A stretch of DNA of 52,371 bases, filler included, from Porpidia crustulata (taxonomy: Eukaryota): assembly GCA_964255105.1 (NCBI GenBank). It is 2 parts of 2 records of this genome, joined end to end, with 100 filler letters (N's around TTAATTAATTAA, not from the genome) between each part and the next. Parts side by side here need not be neighbours in the genome. Positions count along the whole stretch, not along the records: positions 26,243 to 52,371 come from CAXUWE010000040.1; 1 more part is not named here. One strand, 5' to 3'. Both the position numbers and the translations under genes were made by a program. Shown here in pieces: positions 36,609 through 49,917 of this stretch. The stretch's first letter is position 1. Each line of letters opens with the position of its first letter. Under the pieces are notes generated by a model that did not search any database, was not told where the DNA came from, and was given only the letters and a program-made list of their open reading frames with translations.

Positions 36609-38379
36609 TCATAAAAGCCCAGTTTCCCCCTTTCGACGCCGTACTTCTTCAATAGCATTTTTGACATCTCTTTCTTCTGGATTACGGAGCTGCCATTGAA
36701 TTACAAAGTCAAGGGCTTTTTTCAACCAAGGACCGCTGTTTGCTCCGAAGGCATCGCAAAGCTGTTTCCCGTTCACAATTGGTTTCAACGATGGAGCGTC
36801 CAGGAGATCTAATGCCTTGATTTTCGACAGCCACGCAATATAGCCATTTAAAATCTGCTCGCGGTCTGGAACTGTTAGCTTTGGAATAGTCATTGGTACC
36901 AATTTCAAACCCACCATACACGTCTGTGGCCTCTGTGACTTCCACCAGCAATGCATACATAACGCTACTCTGCCAGTGAATACCCCAGCGGCGAATTGCC
37001 ACACCCAGAGTCTCGCGCGCATGCGACTCTCGCTTTCGCTTTAATGATAATTTTGCTGTATCTTCGCTATCATTGAGGGCTGACCTTGTTTTCAGAATGT
37101 CGGGCAAAAATAGTATTGCGTTGTTGATGATCTTGACTTCTTTGTTATCCGCGGTAATGCCTTCTCGAGCAACGCTAGCTGCTACAGTCGATGGGAGCTT
37201 GGCTTTTAGTTTCACTGGAGTGATTCCACTTACTCTAGCCCAGGGAACGAAAGCACAAAGAAGCCAAGCTAGGTACACCAGCTCTTTACCTTTTAGTAGA
37301 ACATCATGAATTATGCTTAGAGAAGTGCATACATCATCTTTCTTCGATGGGGCCTGATGGATTGCTAGGAGCTGATCATAGGCTAAATTCCAATGCTTGA
37401 TGTCCGCCTGGGCGATATAATTATTTGCAGGATTAGTGAATATCGTACAGTACAAACCCACACGGTCAATGAGGCGCAGCGCCATGTGAGGGTCAGGTCC
37501 TAGAACATATCAATAGGAGTAAATTTGCTGGGTGATACCTCACATTCTCGCACCTCTTAGCATCTTAGTTAGTTCAACACCTACCCTTTCCCGTTTGATT
37601 TTGAGCTTTAGAGCATCCAGGATACTCCTTTCACTCATTGCCTGCTCATCTTCAGGAGCAATTTGGTAACCCAGTCTGCTTGCGAAACGTATGCTTCTCA
37701 ACACTCGTAGAGGATCATCATGGAAGGTTTGTAGCGGCTCGAGTGGCGTCTTAATAACTTTAGCTTCCAGGTCTCGGAGACCTCGACCTGTCAAGTCCTC
37801 AATGCTAGAGGTAGAAAGATTGTAAAATAAAGCGTTTACTGTAGCGTCGCGGCGCAAAGCGTCATCTTCAGGGGTCCCAAACTCCATAGTTGGATTCCGG
37901 CTATCCTCAGCATACGTTTCTTTCCGTAGGTTTACTAAGTCTATGTCAAGGCCAAAGATTTTCGTCGTTACAGTCTCTAGGTGTTTGGACTGCTCTGGAT
38001 TTGCCTCTATCTTAGCCAACTTCCCAACAATCTTTTCATCATATTTTGCTTTACATTCGGGCTGAGCAAGATACTTCTTCATCAGAGTTCCGAATGCGAA
38101 ACCTGTCATTGAGCTGATGCTGATATCGATATCGTTGCTCGTAGATCCTAAAAGCTTGTCCCTGACCCAACCTCCAGTGAACCTCAACTCTGGTTTTGCG
38201 TATCCCTCAACTGTACCAATATAAGAAGAAACATCGAGTAAGAATTGTCGTAGAATGATCTCCTGGTCTGATAATTGGATTCTTTTCGCCATCCTTGTTA
38301 TTTTGGACACGGAAAAATAAGGTTTCCCAGTCTTAGGGGTAAATATTGGGCGTGTAAATAAGCCTCGATTGAAACACAT
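36609..38379 (-). CDS. CCA1: CCA-adding tRNA nucleotidyltransferase
   Basis: Motifs GGWVRDKLLG..DIDI, KHLET, DLVNLRKETY, DALRRDATVNALFYN, DDPLRVLRSIRFASRL, ERVGVE. Introns 37500-37553 and 36866-36914. Confidence 0.95.
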
Positions 38380-38674
38380 TGGCAGTCATGCTATGGAACT
38401 GCACGTAAGTCAGGGGAATCCTGAATTCAATGGATCTGAGGAAACCAGCGGATGTAAGTAATTATATGTCTTTGCAGCTTGAAGCATGAGATAGTACATT
38501 GAAAGCAAATAAGAAATACAGTCGGCGGGTATCACACGCGAAGCTGGCGCTTAATCTATCTACTCTAAACGCTTCTATCGTCTTTAACGAGCTAGAGAAA
38601 GCGAGATCTGCTCTTCACCTCTTTTCGCCGGACAAAGCGGTTCGTGGAGTGACGTGGCTCCCCAGGTAGCCAAA

Positions 38675-39592
38675 ATGAATGCACTAAGTCCTACGTAGGT
38701 TTCAGCGTCTTGGTCAGCCATTGCACTTAGGCTGACTGTCAATAGTGTTTATGTTTGTCGTCAATCATTGAGGTGCAGCTGAAGTTCAATTAGACTAATC
38801 GGATTTATAGGTCAAGAACCTGGAGGAAAGCATCAAAATTGAGCCGCTGAAGGAGGCACTTACGGAGATTTTCTCCGAATATGGCACCATTATCGACGTT
38901 GTAGCCAAGAAAAACTTGAGAGCAAAAGGTCAGGCTTTCATAGTGTTTGATGACACTGAAGCAGCTGAGCGAGCTATCAAGGAGGTTCAAGGCTTTGAGC
39001 TTTTCGAGAAGCCGATGGCTCTTGACTTTGCCAAGACGAAGAGCGACGCCACGGTGCATAAAGACGGGATGCCGGAAGAGTTTGAGCAGCATAAGCGGCA
39101 GAGGTTAGCTGAGAAAGGTGAGCTGTCCATTCCAAGTCCGTTTTGATACCATTTCAGTGCCTAATTGGGAGCTTGTGACCTTTAGAGAGAAAACAGGCTG
39201 CAGAAACTGCGGAAGCACAGAAGAAACTGAAACGGTCAGCCGCGCCGAGTGCTGGAGACGCTGGCAATGCGCGACCTGTTAAAGCGGCTCGTGGCGCTGG
39301 TCTCAAGTCGTCAAATCCCGCGACAGGGGCGGTGGTACCCGAGGAGTACCTGCCACCAAATAAGATTCTTTTCGTACAGAATCTACCGGAGGACTACGAA
39401 GTTGAAGGGCTCACCGTGATATTCGGTAGGTTTGAAGGGTTTAGGGAAGTACGACTGGTACCGGGAAGGAAGGGTATCGCTTTTGTTGAGTACGAAGCTG
39501 AAGCTGGAGCTATAAACGCCAAGCAGGCTACTGCTGGCATGGCCTTAGGAGATGAGCAAAAACCTATTAGAGTCGTATATCAACGTCAATAA
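38675..39592 (+). CDS. U1A/U2B''-type snRNP protein with two RRMs
   Basis: Exons 38675-38694, 38746-38752, 38811-39117, 39186-39592 give TVYVKNLEE..KGQAFIVF and PPNKILFVQNLP..EVRLVPGRKGIAFVEY. Confidence 0.9.
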
Positions 39593-39847
39593 AATCCCGA
39601 CGTTCAATTTTATCCCTTTGCCACCGATGTTTTTAGCATTTGTGTCACCACAGGTATCCTAAAACAGCTACTTGACAGGTCCTGAGTATTGAATGGTCTC
39701 TGTGCCTGAAAGAAACTGATATACATCAAATAACGACGAATGTATCCGTGCGCCAGCTCACAAATCAAAATTCTTGCCACTTTGTTGCTGCAAACCTGGG
39801 AGAACCTTCAATGAGCAAAGATCCCTCAGACTGAAAACAGACAAAAA

Positions 39848-41114
39848 TTAGAAAATCACATCTTGATCCTCCTGATCGCCAAGTACATCAGTGGGCCCAG
39901 AGCCTTCTTCGTTTTCCTTATCGCTGTCAAACTTCTTTTTACTAGCCGCCTCTTGATCTTTCCTTACATTATCTCTCGTTTTATTGTTTTTCACCTAGCA
40001 TTAGACTTTGTCAGTGGACGCCCATTACCAAAGAGGTATACTACGATCGGGGTAAATCACCTTTTTCAATCGATAGAACTCTTCTCTATCAAGCTCATCC
40101 AACTCCGAGTTGATGTCTGCTAATCATTAGCAAGAATGTATACAATTTTGTTCATTCGTGTCCATACACTTAATGGTGTTCTCTGTACGTGGTATGATGA
40201 CCTATAGGTAAGGGTCAGACAATGATATGGAGTATGGACGGCCTTAAAAACCATACATGCTCTCTGAGTAGCGTTGCAAGCAGCGATTAGCGTGTGTTTT
40301 TGCGTATTTGGGTGATTAGACTTGCATAGCATTTACTGCAATGATTCCGTATTAGCACTACAATTTGAGGTTATTGGAAAAGAGTGATTACCTCTTCTAT
40401 TCACAACCTTGATAACTTCGTCCAGGATTACGAAAGCCGTCTAAGTTGAGATATCTTAGTAATCTGCGTCTCAGAGCCAAAGATACACAAACTTGTAGGC
40501 TTGCTAATTCTACGAGCGTTTCCACAGCCCGTGCGTAGGTTTCCCTGCAACGTTGGACCTGTTGACCTCCTTTACCGAGACCGGTCAGGCCGAAATCGTT
40601 ATTTCCTTCCGTTGTATAGCTTTCGAACGCAGGCAAAAAGACACCAGAAACATTTTCTTGTTTGGTTCTGACTCGGAAGCGGGCCTGTTTTGCAGATTCC
40701 TGAATCTGATAACCTATGTCGCCACCCACAGCATAAGTGACCTCTGCTAGTGAAAAAGCCGCAATTTGCATGACCCGGCCCATTTTTCGTTTGGCTTCAT
40801 CGATGCGCCTTGTAATCTCTACCGGGATTTAGCGGGAGCGCAGATTTCTGGTTGAAGAGATGTACCTCGAAACCGTCTTCGAGCTGCGGTTAGTTTGTGT
40901 GTTCAGTGCAGTTGTGCTGGACCTACTTCGTCAATGCCTCGCTTTTCCTTTTGAGTAGGCTGTGGCCGGTCTCTGCACCCTTCAATTTGCTCTTCATCAA
41001 CCCTAAAGACTGCCGTGTTGGAAACACGGCTTCCCTATCCTGAAGCATTCTAGGATATCAGCGCCATCTTGGTTATCTGAGCTAGTAGAGTCAATTTACC
41101 CCGGCACCTGACAT
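39848..41114 (-). CDS. VMA8: V-type H+-ATPase subunit D
   Basis: Ten exons: 41114-41100, 41039-40927, 40876-40866, 40818-40493, 40440-40392, 40335-40326, 40263-40257, 40201-40168, 40116-40061, 39994-39848. They give REAVFPTRQ..GHSLLKRKSEAL..VELASLQTAF..NRRVNAIEHVIIPRTENT..ELDELDREEFYRLKK. Confidence 0.95.
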
Positions 41115-41434
41115 GTTGCGCAAGTATGAGTAAAGATAGAAGGCCTCTCGTATTTGTAAATATGCGAGTAGATCTTGAAATTCTGTAAAGGGGTATTTCA
41201 AGTGATGACCTCTTGTCTATAGAGCCGCAGCTTCTTCACCAATAGGAACTGAAGAGAAGCATCATAAATTGAAAGCGGCGCGGCACGGGGAGATACTTAG
41301 CGCCAGCCGCTTAGGAAGTTGAAGATCCCGTCACTCGGTTAACTTGCCTTTCTTTCGTCAAAAGATCCTCTTGAGTTCCGTGAGGAAGATCTACAGTTGC
41401 GGTGTGCATCAAACGTAAGTATCAGCAATACACC

Positions 41435-44019
41435 ATGCCTGGGGAACTACTACGAAAAATGTCTATCAGTCGGCCTAGGTCGAAGTTGAGCGTTTCAAGC
41501 TCAGATATGGGCTTGTACCTCATCTCCTCGGACGACGTGGTCTACGAGCAGGACATCTTACGCGATCCAGGAAGTATCAAGCCATGGCTCGTGTATGTAA
41601 ATCACAAATACCAACATGGAACACTCCTTGAGCAGGCATTCGTCCTAGAGCGTGCATGCGCGCAACTTCCGCGATCATACAAGTTGTGGAAAATGTACCT
41701 TGAACTACGCGTCAAGCATCTTCGGAACCGAAATCCTGTGATCCACGCATTAGAGTATGCAAAAGTCAATGCTCTCTTTGAGCGCGCTCTCATTTTGTTG
41801 AATAAGATGCCCAAGGTTTGGGAGATGTTCCTTTCGTTCCTGATGCAACAACCTTTGATCACATTGACCAGGAGGACCTTCGACAGAGTATTGCGAGCAT
41901 TACCGATGACCCAGCATAACCGGATATGGGCCTTGTATCGCCCCTTTGCGAGTTCGGCCTCTGGAGAGACGGCGATAAAGATATGGAGACGCTACATGCA
42001 GATCCATCCTGAAGATACTGAAGACTTCATCGATCTACTGGTAGAAACGCATAGGTATACGGAGGCCGTGAAAAAATACATGGATATTTTGAACAATCCA
42101 AGATTTCAAAGCAAGAATGGAAAGAGTGAATTCCAGCTTTGGACTGAGATGGTGGATATGCTAGTGACACATGCTAAGGAGGTAGAGACAGGGCATGCTG
42201 CAGGCGTCAACGTAGAGATCATCGTGCGAAGTGGGATCGAACGGTTTGCTGACCAGAGAGGGAGGTTATGGGCCGGTCTGGCCACATACTGGATTACAAG
42301 AGGTAATTTTGAAAGAGCACGGGACATCTTCGAAGAGGGAATCACAACTGTTATGACAGTACGAGATTTTACTCTTGTATTCGACTCGTACGCCGAGTTC
42401 GAAGAATCGATCATCGGTAACCTCATGGATGCTGCGGCAATACGATCAGAGAAAGGAAGAGTCAGTGAAGATGCAGATTTCGATTTAGATATTCGTATGA
42501 TGCGCTTCGAGCAGCTTATGGATCGGCGACCCTTCCTAGTGAATGACGTGCTTTTGCGACAGAACCCTAATAATGTTGTGGAGTGGGAGAAGAGAGTCGC
42601 GTTATGGGGTGAAAATAAGAAACAAGTCGTCCAGACCTACACAGACGCAATCGCGGCGGTCCAACCCCGCAAGGCCGTAGGCAAGTTCCATGAGCTTTGG
42701 ACGAACTATGCAAAGTTCTACGAGGATGGCGGTGACTTGCGGTCATCGCGGATCATCATGGAAAAAGCTGTGAAAGTGCCTTTCAAGTCCATTGCAGAGC
42801 TTGCTGAAATGTGGTGTGCATGGGCCGAGATGGAACTCAGAAACGAGAACTTTGACAGGGCGGTAGCTATCATGGCAAAAGCGACCCAAGCCCCTAAAAG
42901 ATCTACCGTAGACTACTTCGATGATTCTCTCTCACCACAGCAGAGAGTTCACAAAAGCTGGAAGTTGTGGAGCTTCTACGTTGATCTAGTCGAGAGTGTA
43001 AGCACTATTGACGAAACGAAAAAAGTTTATGAGAGAATCTTCGAGCTGCGTATAGCAACACCGCAAACAGTCGTCAACTTCGCAAACCTCCTGGATGAAA
43101 ACAAGTACTTTGAAGAATCTTTCAAGGTCTACGAGCGAGGTCTGGACTTGTTCAACTATCCTGTCGCGTTCGAGCTGTGGAACCTATATCTGACAAAGGC
43201 CGTGGACCGCAAAATTGGCATTGAACGACTTCGAGATCTATTCGAGCAAGCGGTTGAGGGCTGTCCTCCCAAATTTGCCAAGGTGTTGTATCTTATGTAT
43301 GGCAATTTGGAAGAGGAACGTGGACTTGCCAGGCATGCTATGCGTATTTACGAACGTGCAACACGAGCTGTCTCGGATGAAGACAGATTCGGGATGTTCA
43401 GTTTCTACATCACCAAATCGGCATCTAACTTTGGACTTACCTCCACTCGTTCTATTTACGAAAGAGCGATCGGAGCACTGCCAGATAAAGAAGCACGGGA
43501 TATGTGTCTCAAATTCGCCGAAATGGAGCGCAGACTTGGTGAAATTGATCGGGCTAGGGCCATTTATGGTCACGCATCTCAATTCTGCGATCCACGCACG
43601 ACGCCGACCTTTTGGTCAAAATGGGAGAGCTTCGAGGTGCAGCATGGTAATGAAGATACCTTTAAGGAAATGCTTCGTATCAAGCGAAGCGTGCAGGCTC
43701 AGTATAAGTACGCCAAGCTCTTTTAACTTGTATTGATGGTTATACACTAACAAAATATAGTACTGATGTCAACTTCATTGCCTCTCAAGCGCTGGCGCGA
43801 AGCCAGCAGCCGTCTGAACAGGCTGTAATAGAAGACAACGGCAGCACAGGTGGTGAACGAGCTGACGCTATGGCGGCCCTCGAGCGCCAGGCTCATGCAC
43901 CTTTAGGATTTGTTCCGGCTAGTAGTGGCCCTGAGGGCGGCAACGAAAATTCAGTTCCGCCAACGCCGGTGGTAACGGCAAATTCGGATGCACTTGATGT
44001 CGATCTAGATGACGAATAA
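41435..44019 (+). CDS. SYF1: Pre-mRNA splicing factor SYF1 (HAT repeats)
   Basis: Motifs LPRSYKLWKMYL, VMTVRDF, RRPFLVNDVLLRQNPNNVVEW, HGNEDTFKEMLRIKRSVQAQYN. One intron 43708-43760. Confidence 0.96.
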
Positions 44020-45663
44020 GGTATCTAACACAAAGGAACTAGTCACACATCACGATAGAACCCTATTGCTATGGTCCCAATCGGTCGATCTCCAGGATTT
44101 TGACATCTCGACGACTTAGAAAGCCTGAAGCTTATAGGTTGCATTGCCATTCAAGAAAAGCTCCATGGGGGACTTTGCACCGCATTATGTAGGTCCGTCT
44201 CCAGCAGGAGTGGCCAACATTACAACGTGGTTGGTCGCGGTCAATACGTAACACGAATGGTTCGTCATTGACCTCCGTCTAGTCTTGTACATAATCGGGT
44301 GTCAGGCAATTTGACGATGCCTTGGCAAATCCATCAGAAGATCACCTGATAGACAACAATGCGGCCTGTTGTACGCGGTCTTGGCTCTATAATTCGATCT
44401 CCATCAAAGACTTCGCTTTTAAATAGTGCATGAGTGCTCTCAGCCTACGTTTATGCTGGAGCCCTACGAAGATCCATTGGCCGCTTCCGAAGACATTCTA
44501 GAGGAGTGAATTAGCTTTGAGCTCCGTTACTATAAGTAGGTGTGTGTTACCTGTTGCCGCTATTCGAACGTCGACAACTTAGGCTATAAATCCGCTATTC
44601 TGATGTCTACCACCGCTCGCGGAATTTACTGTGCCGCATCACAGTATACTGCCTAGACATTGACATCTAAATATTTACAATGCATGACATTTGAGATTTT
44701 CAGACCAATCAAAAGGGGAAGATTCCTGTAACGCATCTCTATAGAACGTGCCTCGCTAAAGTAAAATTTGAGAGGGATAGGGTGCGAGTCAATTTGGCTT
44801 CCTATAAACCTGAGTAGCTGCGGCGCACAGTAACAATTAAAGCTGGTAAGGATTCGGTTACACAGAAGAGTACCACCGCCAAATGCAATCTCATTTTTAA
44901 CAACAGCAGCCCTACAAATCTCTAAGCTATGAGAAGCGCTAGGCATGCTCCGGGGTGTACTTATGGAGAGAGCCATACCTCTTACTTTTTAATTCAGGTC
45001 TTTTCTTCTTGCTTCTAAAGCGTCATTTGTAAACTTCGAGCCGGAATAAGCTGTTATTTTACGAATGTCCTGAGAGACGTAAATGGAGGAACGTTTCCCT
45101 TGGGTTTTCTATCATTGAAGAATGTTCTAGTTTTCATCGCACTATAGAGCGGAGTGGATCACACACAAGTAGCGTAGGTATATTTCAGTTAGGTGAATTG
45201 GTAGAATGCTTCGAGACTGGCCCTGTCAACGTTGGACGATATCGGCGCCGGAATGTGCTGGACTTGACGGCATTATTATGTTTATCAGCGAATGTGGCTA
45301 GGAGGCACACTATTCCGGACCTTGATCTTGATATACTACAAAGTGTACATGTAATGCTCAAGCGAGTATCTGAGTGATTCACGAAAGATTTAGAAGGGAC
45401 TTCGAACAAACAAAATCCCATGGACAGGCTCATGACTGAGGAACTCCATGTATATTCGCCAAAAGGGATATTTGACTCTGAACTTTCGCTGAGAAGCCGT
45501 ACCCCTTAGTAGACGTATGATGCTTACATCGTGTAAAATCTAGTACTCCAACGCTATGCTAAAGAGGTCCTCGACACTTAGGTATATCACTATTAGTACA
45601 GGTAGTTTACACGCCTTACACCCGGATTGTTTTCTGCTTCTTTTTTGCTTCTGCGGGACACTG

Positions 45664-46760
45664 TCACCCGACCTGACTTCTTCCTACCTTAAGCGCTGTA
45701 GACTCATTGAGAGCCTCTTCGAGAACGAGCATTGTCGACGAAGCAGCTTCCATAGCGTGATCTACGAGTAGCTCAAACCCGGGTTGCTCGGCTTGTCTCG
45801 TAGATGATCGCTCTGAATTGCCACTCTTCGCCCATATCTCTGTGATTTCGTCACGAGATTTCAGATAGCCCACAACACAAGCCGATAGTATTTCCCGATG
45901 TTCTGATGGACGGGGATCCAATACTATGGCGGTCGGTGCATCAATGAAACCAGCTTTGGAGCTCGTATGTGGGAATTGCAGCATGGGCTCTCGTATGGCG
46001 TTACGAACTACTGCAGCGACTCCACCAGTGACAAGACCAACGCAATCAATGCCAGCGTCGGCGATGGCAGCAGAGGCTACTGTGATGCATCCAGAGAGGA
46101 TATTCATCAGGCCCCATCCAGTCGTATGCCCATCTTGATGTCTTGTGATTTCTCTGGTATCGTCGTCTAGGCGATCCTCTTCGCCTTCGAGAATTGTAAT
46201 AACAACGTCCAGTCCACTCTTCGGCCATCGTTCGCTTATCAGAACTCCACGAAGGGCCGTCTCAAGGTGAGAACCAAGATCCCGTTCACTAGAATGACGG
46301 ACGTAGCCTCTTCGCTCTCGCGTTGCGAATGGCGCAAACTTGACATGGGTTGAGAGACGAAGGTGGGGAGAATAGGGCGCGGATCTTGGAAGGGGGCGTG
46401 GTCCATTTACAGTACATGTCAGCTTCAGTCCAGATGAAGTCTTTCTCAGGATCTTTGTCCCCGAAATAATTGCGGGAGGAGAACTTTCAAGCTCCAAGTA
46501 CGCCGACCCTGAAGCTGAAGGTGTCAGGCCGGTTTTCAGGACTACAGTTTTTGCAGTTAGCTGTAAGCCAGGTTCACACTGTAAAGCGGAAGCGTTTGAA
46601 CCAGGATGATCGAATACTTACAAATCTTCCTGAGCTCACCTGATGCCCTACTACGGCGTTCAGTCTTTCTGGACGCACCATCCGCCGCGGCCGACGAAGG
46701 ACCATATAACGGTGGTGCAGTTCCTCCTGGTGGCCCATTGACACGCCTTCTATCAGTCAT
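45664..46760 (-). CDS. MTR3: Exosome RNase PH-like subunit
   Basis: N-terminus MTDRRRVNGPPGGT; FLKTG..ASGSAYLE; VKFAPFA; RWPKSGLDV; SAAIADAGIDC. Intron 46542-46621. Confidence 0.9.
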
Positions 46761-48321
46761 TTATGTAGCCTATCCTCGTACCCTATGAGACTGCATGCCA
46801 TATATGTAACAAACCCGCGGAGCTAGATTCGTGAACATAGAATCCGCGTCATTTGATAACGTAAGGACTGTCCTGGATTGAAGTTAAGATAGATTACTTT
46901 AGCGTGGTAAATTATCACTTGACTCCAAAGCCGTTGAAATTTCTCCTATTGGCTTTTGAACTGAATCACACCACTGTCTTAATAATTGAGGTACCTCATG
47001 CTGCTTGTAAGTCTCACGCACCCTTTGACTCACCGAAATGTTCCTGGAATCTCATGAGGAAAATACATCACACACGTTCTGGTTATCCTTCATGCGCCAT
47101 TGAACACATGCACTACCATCTGAATACTTGAATCCGTTCCTTTGACTTATCCGACACAAATAGTATTATCCGAGCTGACGTGCTTTTGACAGGGTACAGT
47201 CTGGAATTGTGTCTTCTGAATGTAAGCCATTGCCATCTTCTTAATCTTCTCAATGGTTTATTGAGAAAGCTGCGTACAATGATGAAAAAACCTATTTCAG
47301 TTCTGCTACTGAATACCTATGAACGACAATCTATACCAATCTTACCATCTTTTCTGAAAACCTTACCCGATTCCATCTTGCCTTCAGAATGCACTCTGTA
47401 TCTGGGCAACATGCTAATACGTGCCTCAGCCTCGAATCGCCCTTTTCCATAAATTGAAAGGTCAGTTCGACTTCTTTCTTCTTCCGAGCACGCAAAGATG
47501 AACAAAGTCAATCCATTCCCTGATTCTATCCTGCCAAGCCACCCTCCCTTACCGGACTGGTTCGTTCAACGACCCGGGATGATAGGTTGTGGAGTTAGTC
47601 CTATGTCGCTGATATTGACTATGCCATGTCAGGTGATGGCACATAATGTGGCTTTTGAGTTCTGGGTAGCGCTGGTTGTCTTGATCCTCGCGAGCTCAGG
47701 ACCGGCAGGAATGCTTGATTAAACTGGCTTTACTGAGCAATGATACTATTATTTTCATTTGACGAATCCTCTTCTAGCTCTGTGGGAGATGCTGATATTT
47801 GTTTGCTGTATAGTATTTGCCAGCAATTATTCTCTCTCCAATCCCAGCTGCATACATGAACGCGCTGCAATTTCATTATACGTCATTAGAGTGTGTCAAA
47901 TGTCATTGCAGCAGGAAATGTAACAATCCTATGAGAATTGTGCAATGACTTCTGGCAGCACCCTGGTACACTCAGTGGGATTGCTTTGTCAGTTGGCGTC
48001 AAGTCCTTCCATTGTTCACCTCTCAATGTAACAAATTGTCTAATGTGAGATTCCACTAGTTCTTTAGGGTGAGCTGTCCTATTGAAGGGTGTCATGACTT
48101 ATGGATGTGTCCTGTTGGGTTCATATGAGTAAATGAAAAAGGTTGGTATCTTCGCTAAAATAAACTCAGATTGGTAAATTAAAGTTGAACTAGATATATT
48201 TGCAATGTGCAGTGCATAAACGATACTTTGAGATGGACGGAAATGGTCTGGCTTTTGCCATTCAGCACGCGGCTATCATGCTGATTGGCGTACAACACCT
48301 GTCACAGCATTCTGCACAGAA

Positions 48322-48868
48322 TCAGAAATCAGGTGTATACTCCCCTTTCGCGTGAGCCAATTGATCCCAGGTTCCAGACTCCATCCCTGTCAACCTCAGC
48401 GAAGATTCATCCGCGTTAATCAGTATGCATGCAGCTGGGCCTAGTCTTCTGCCCCTGGTTGCCAGCAATTCTTACTAGTACGACCTTTCCATCCTTGGCT
48501 TTCTTATCCAGCACAGCAAAGAATTTGATCTCTAAGTTAACATCCTCTGGCTTGTTTCTCAGCCATTCTGCCAGTGATTCAAGACTTTGGCCGATGAAAG
48601 GACATTTGAAGGTGTCGGAAATTGGGACCTGGGTGGCTTGGTCACGAGTACCGTCGGGCTTCGGGCGTGGAGCAAACTCACAGTCCGAGACTGCGAGGTA
48701 GAAGTACCATTGGTTAACTGTACTGCCGTCGTGGGCTTCCTGGATGATATTGTTGATAGTCTTTTCGTGCGTTTTAGAATTGTCCTCTGTTGTGGGATAT
48801 GGTGGGGCACTTACCTCGATTGGGAGATCCACAAGATTGAAGAGCGCGAACGGTGGATGGACGAACAT
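48322..48868 (-). pseudogene. Small hypothetical protein gene, probably frameshifted near the 3' end
   Basis: ATG 48868 and a likely in-frame intron starting GTAAGT (~48814). Protein-like ORF (FIGQSLESLAEWL..FFAVLDK). Removing a 4-bp duplication (ATGCATGCA at ~48425-48433) extends the frame to ..SCILINADESSLRLTGMESGTWDQL..DF*. Confidence 0.45.
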
Positions 48869-49917
48869 ACCCACAATGTTTTTGAGTCAAGAACCTTGAA
48901 TTGTGCTTGTGCAAGGCTGCGAAAGAAGAAGTGAATTAAGTTGTCGTGAGGTGAACTCAGAGTGACAGAGCTTTGGGGACGTTTCGGAAGTGCGCACCAG
49001 ATACGAAGAAGGAGCGGAAGAATGATTGAAAGAGCTGGAAAGCTGAAAGGATAGGAGTCGATGTTGTAAGATTTATTGCTTCAACGTGGTGAAGTGTCAA
49101 AATCCACAGTGCGTGAGGCACAGCGTTCTTTAAATAATGTAAGTGATAGTGCACATGGTGGGTGTATCCCCCATATCGGATTTGTTTCACTTCTGTTAGA
49201 CTCTATCTCCTACGTTTAGTTCCATCTAAAAGCAGGCTGCAATGGTAGACAGGCGATGAAGAACTTACGCTGCCCAGACACGCCAAGCAAGGCCCGAATG
49301 GTCTGGAACAACATGTCAGGACCTAGAATATTTCGTCCATCCTTCGCGCCTTGGTCATCAATCGAATTTTAATGTGGGCACTAAAATACAAGACCTGGTT
49401 CGGCAGCATTTCGAGTACAAGAAGCTTATATATTCTTGGCATCAGACGAACCTCAGCTCACAAGACAAAGGGACAGCCTTGTAGTGGACTACGCTGACGT
49501 TCTTTCAACCATTGAGGCTCTGGGCAGCTGACATAAGAACGTCTCGGTATTCTCAGGTAGGAGGGATGAGGTCCTGTTTTAAAAGAGTATGGGCCTCTTT
49601 CTATCAAGCTTAATCTTACGTTAAGCAGTCGGTTCTCACGATGAATAATGTTGGCCAGCAGTTCTACGTGTGCCCCAGTGGCTATGCCCTACATAATATT
49701 GCACACCGCTTCAGCATGATCTCATCTACATAGCTGTAGGAGCGAAAGCCTAAATAAGAAGACTATATTAAGAAATTAGCAGATACCCAGAATTGCTCAC
49801 AGTCCGAACATGCGTTTCTTCCCACCGAAAATCATCAATGAGCACAGCGCAGACCAATATCGCCACCCATCCTACTTTACGGCATGTGCCCTTTCCCCAC
49901 GATCCCAGGTTCTCATT

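Noticed and set aside
36609..46760. Functional cluster of RNA-processing genes (CCA1, snRNP protein, SYF1, MTR3)
   Set aside because: Different pathways, interleaved with VMA8; consistent with ordinary housekeeping gene density and divergent promoters.
47180..47722. Two short ORFs sharing PDSILPS
   Set aside because: Too short, with no coherent gene model or recognisable domain.
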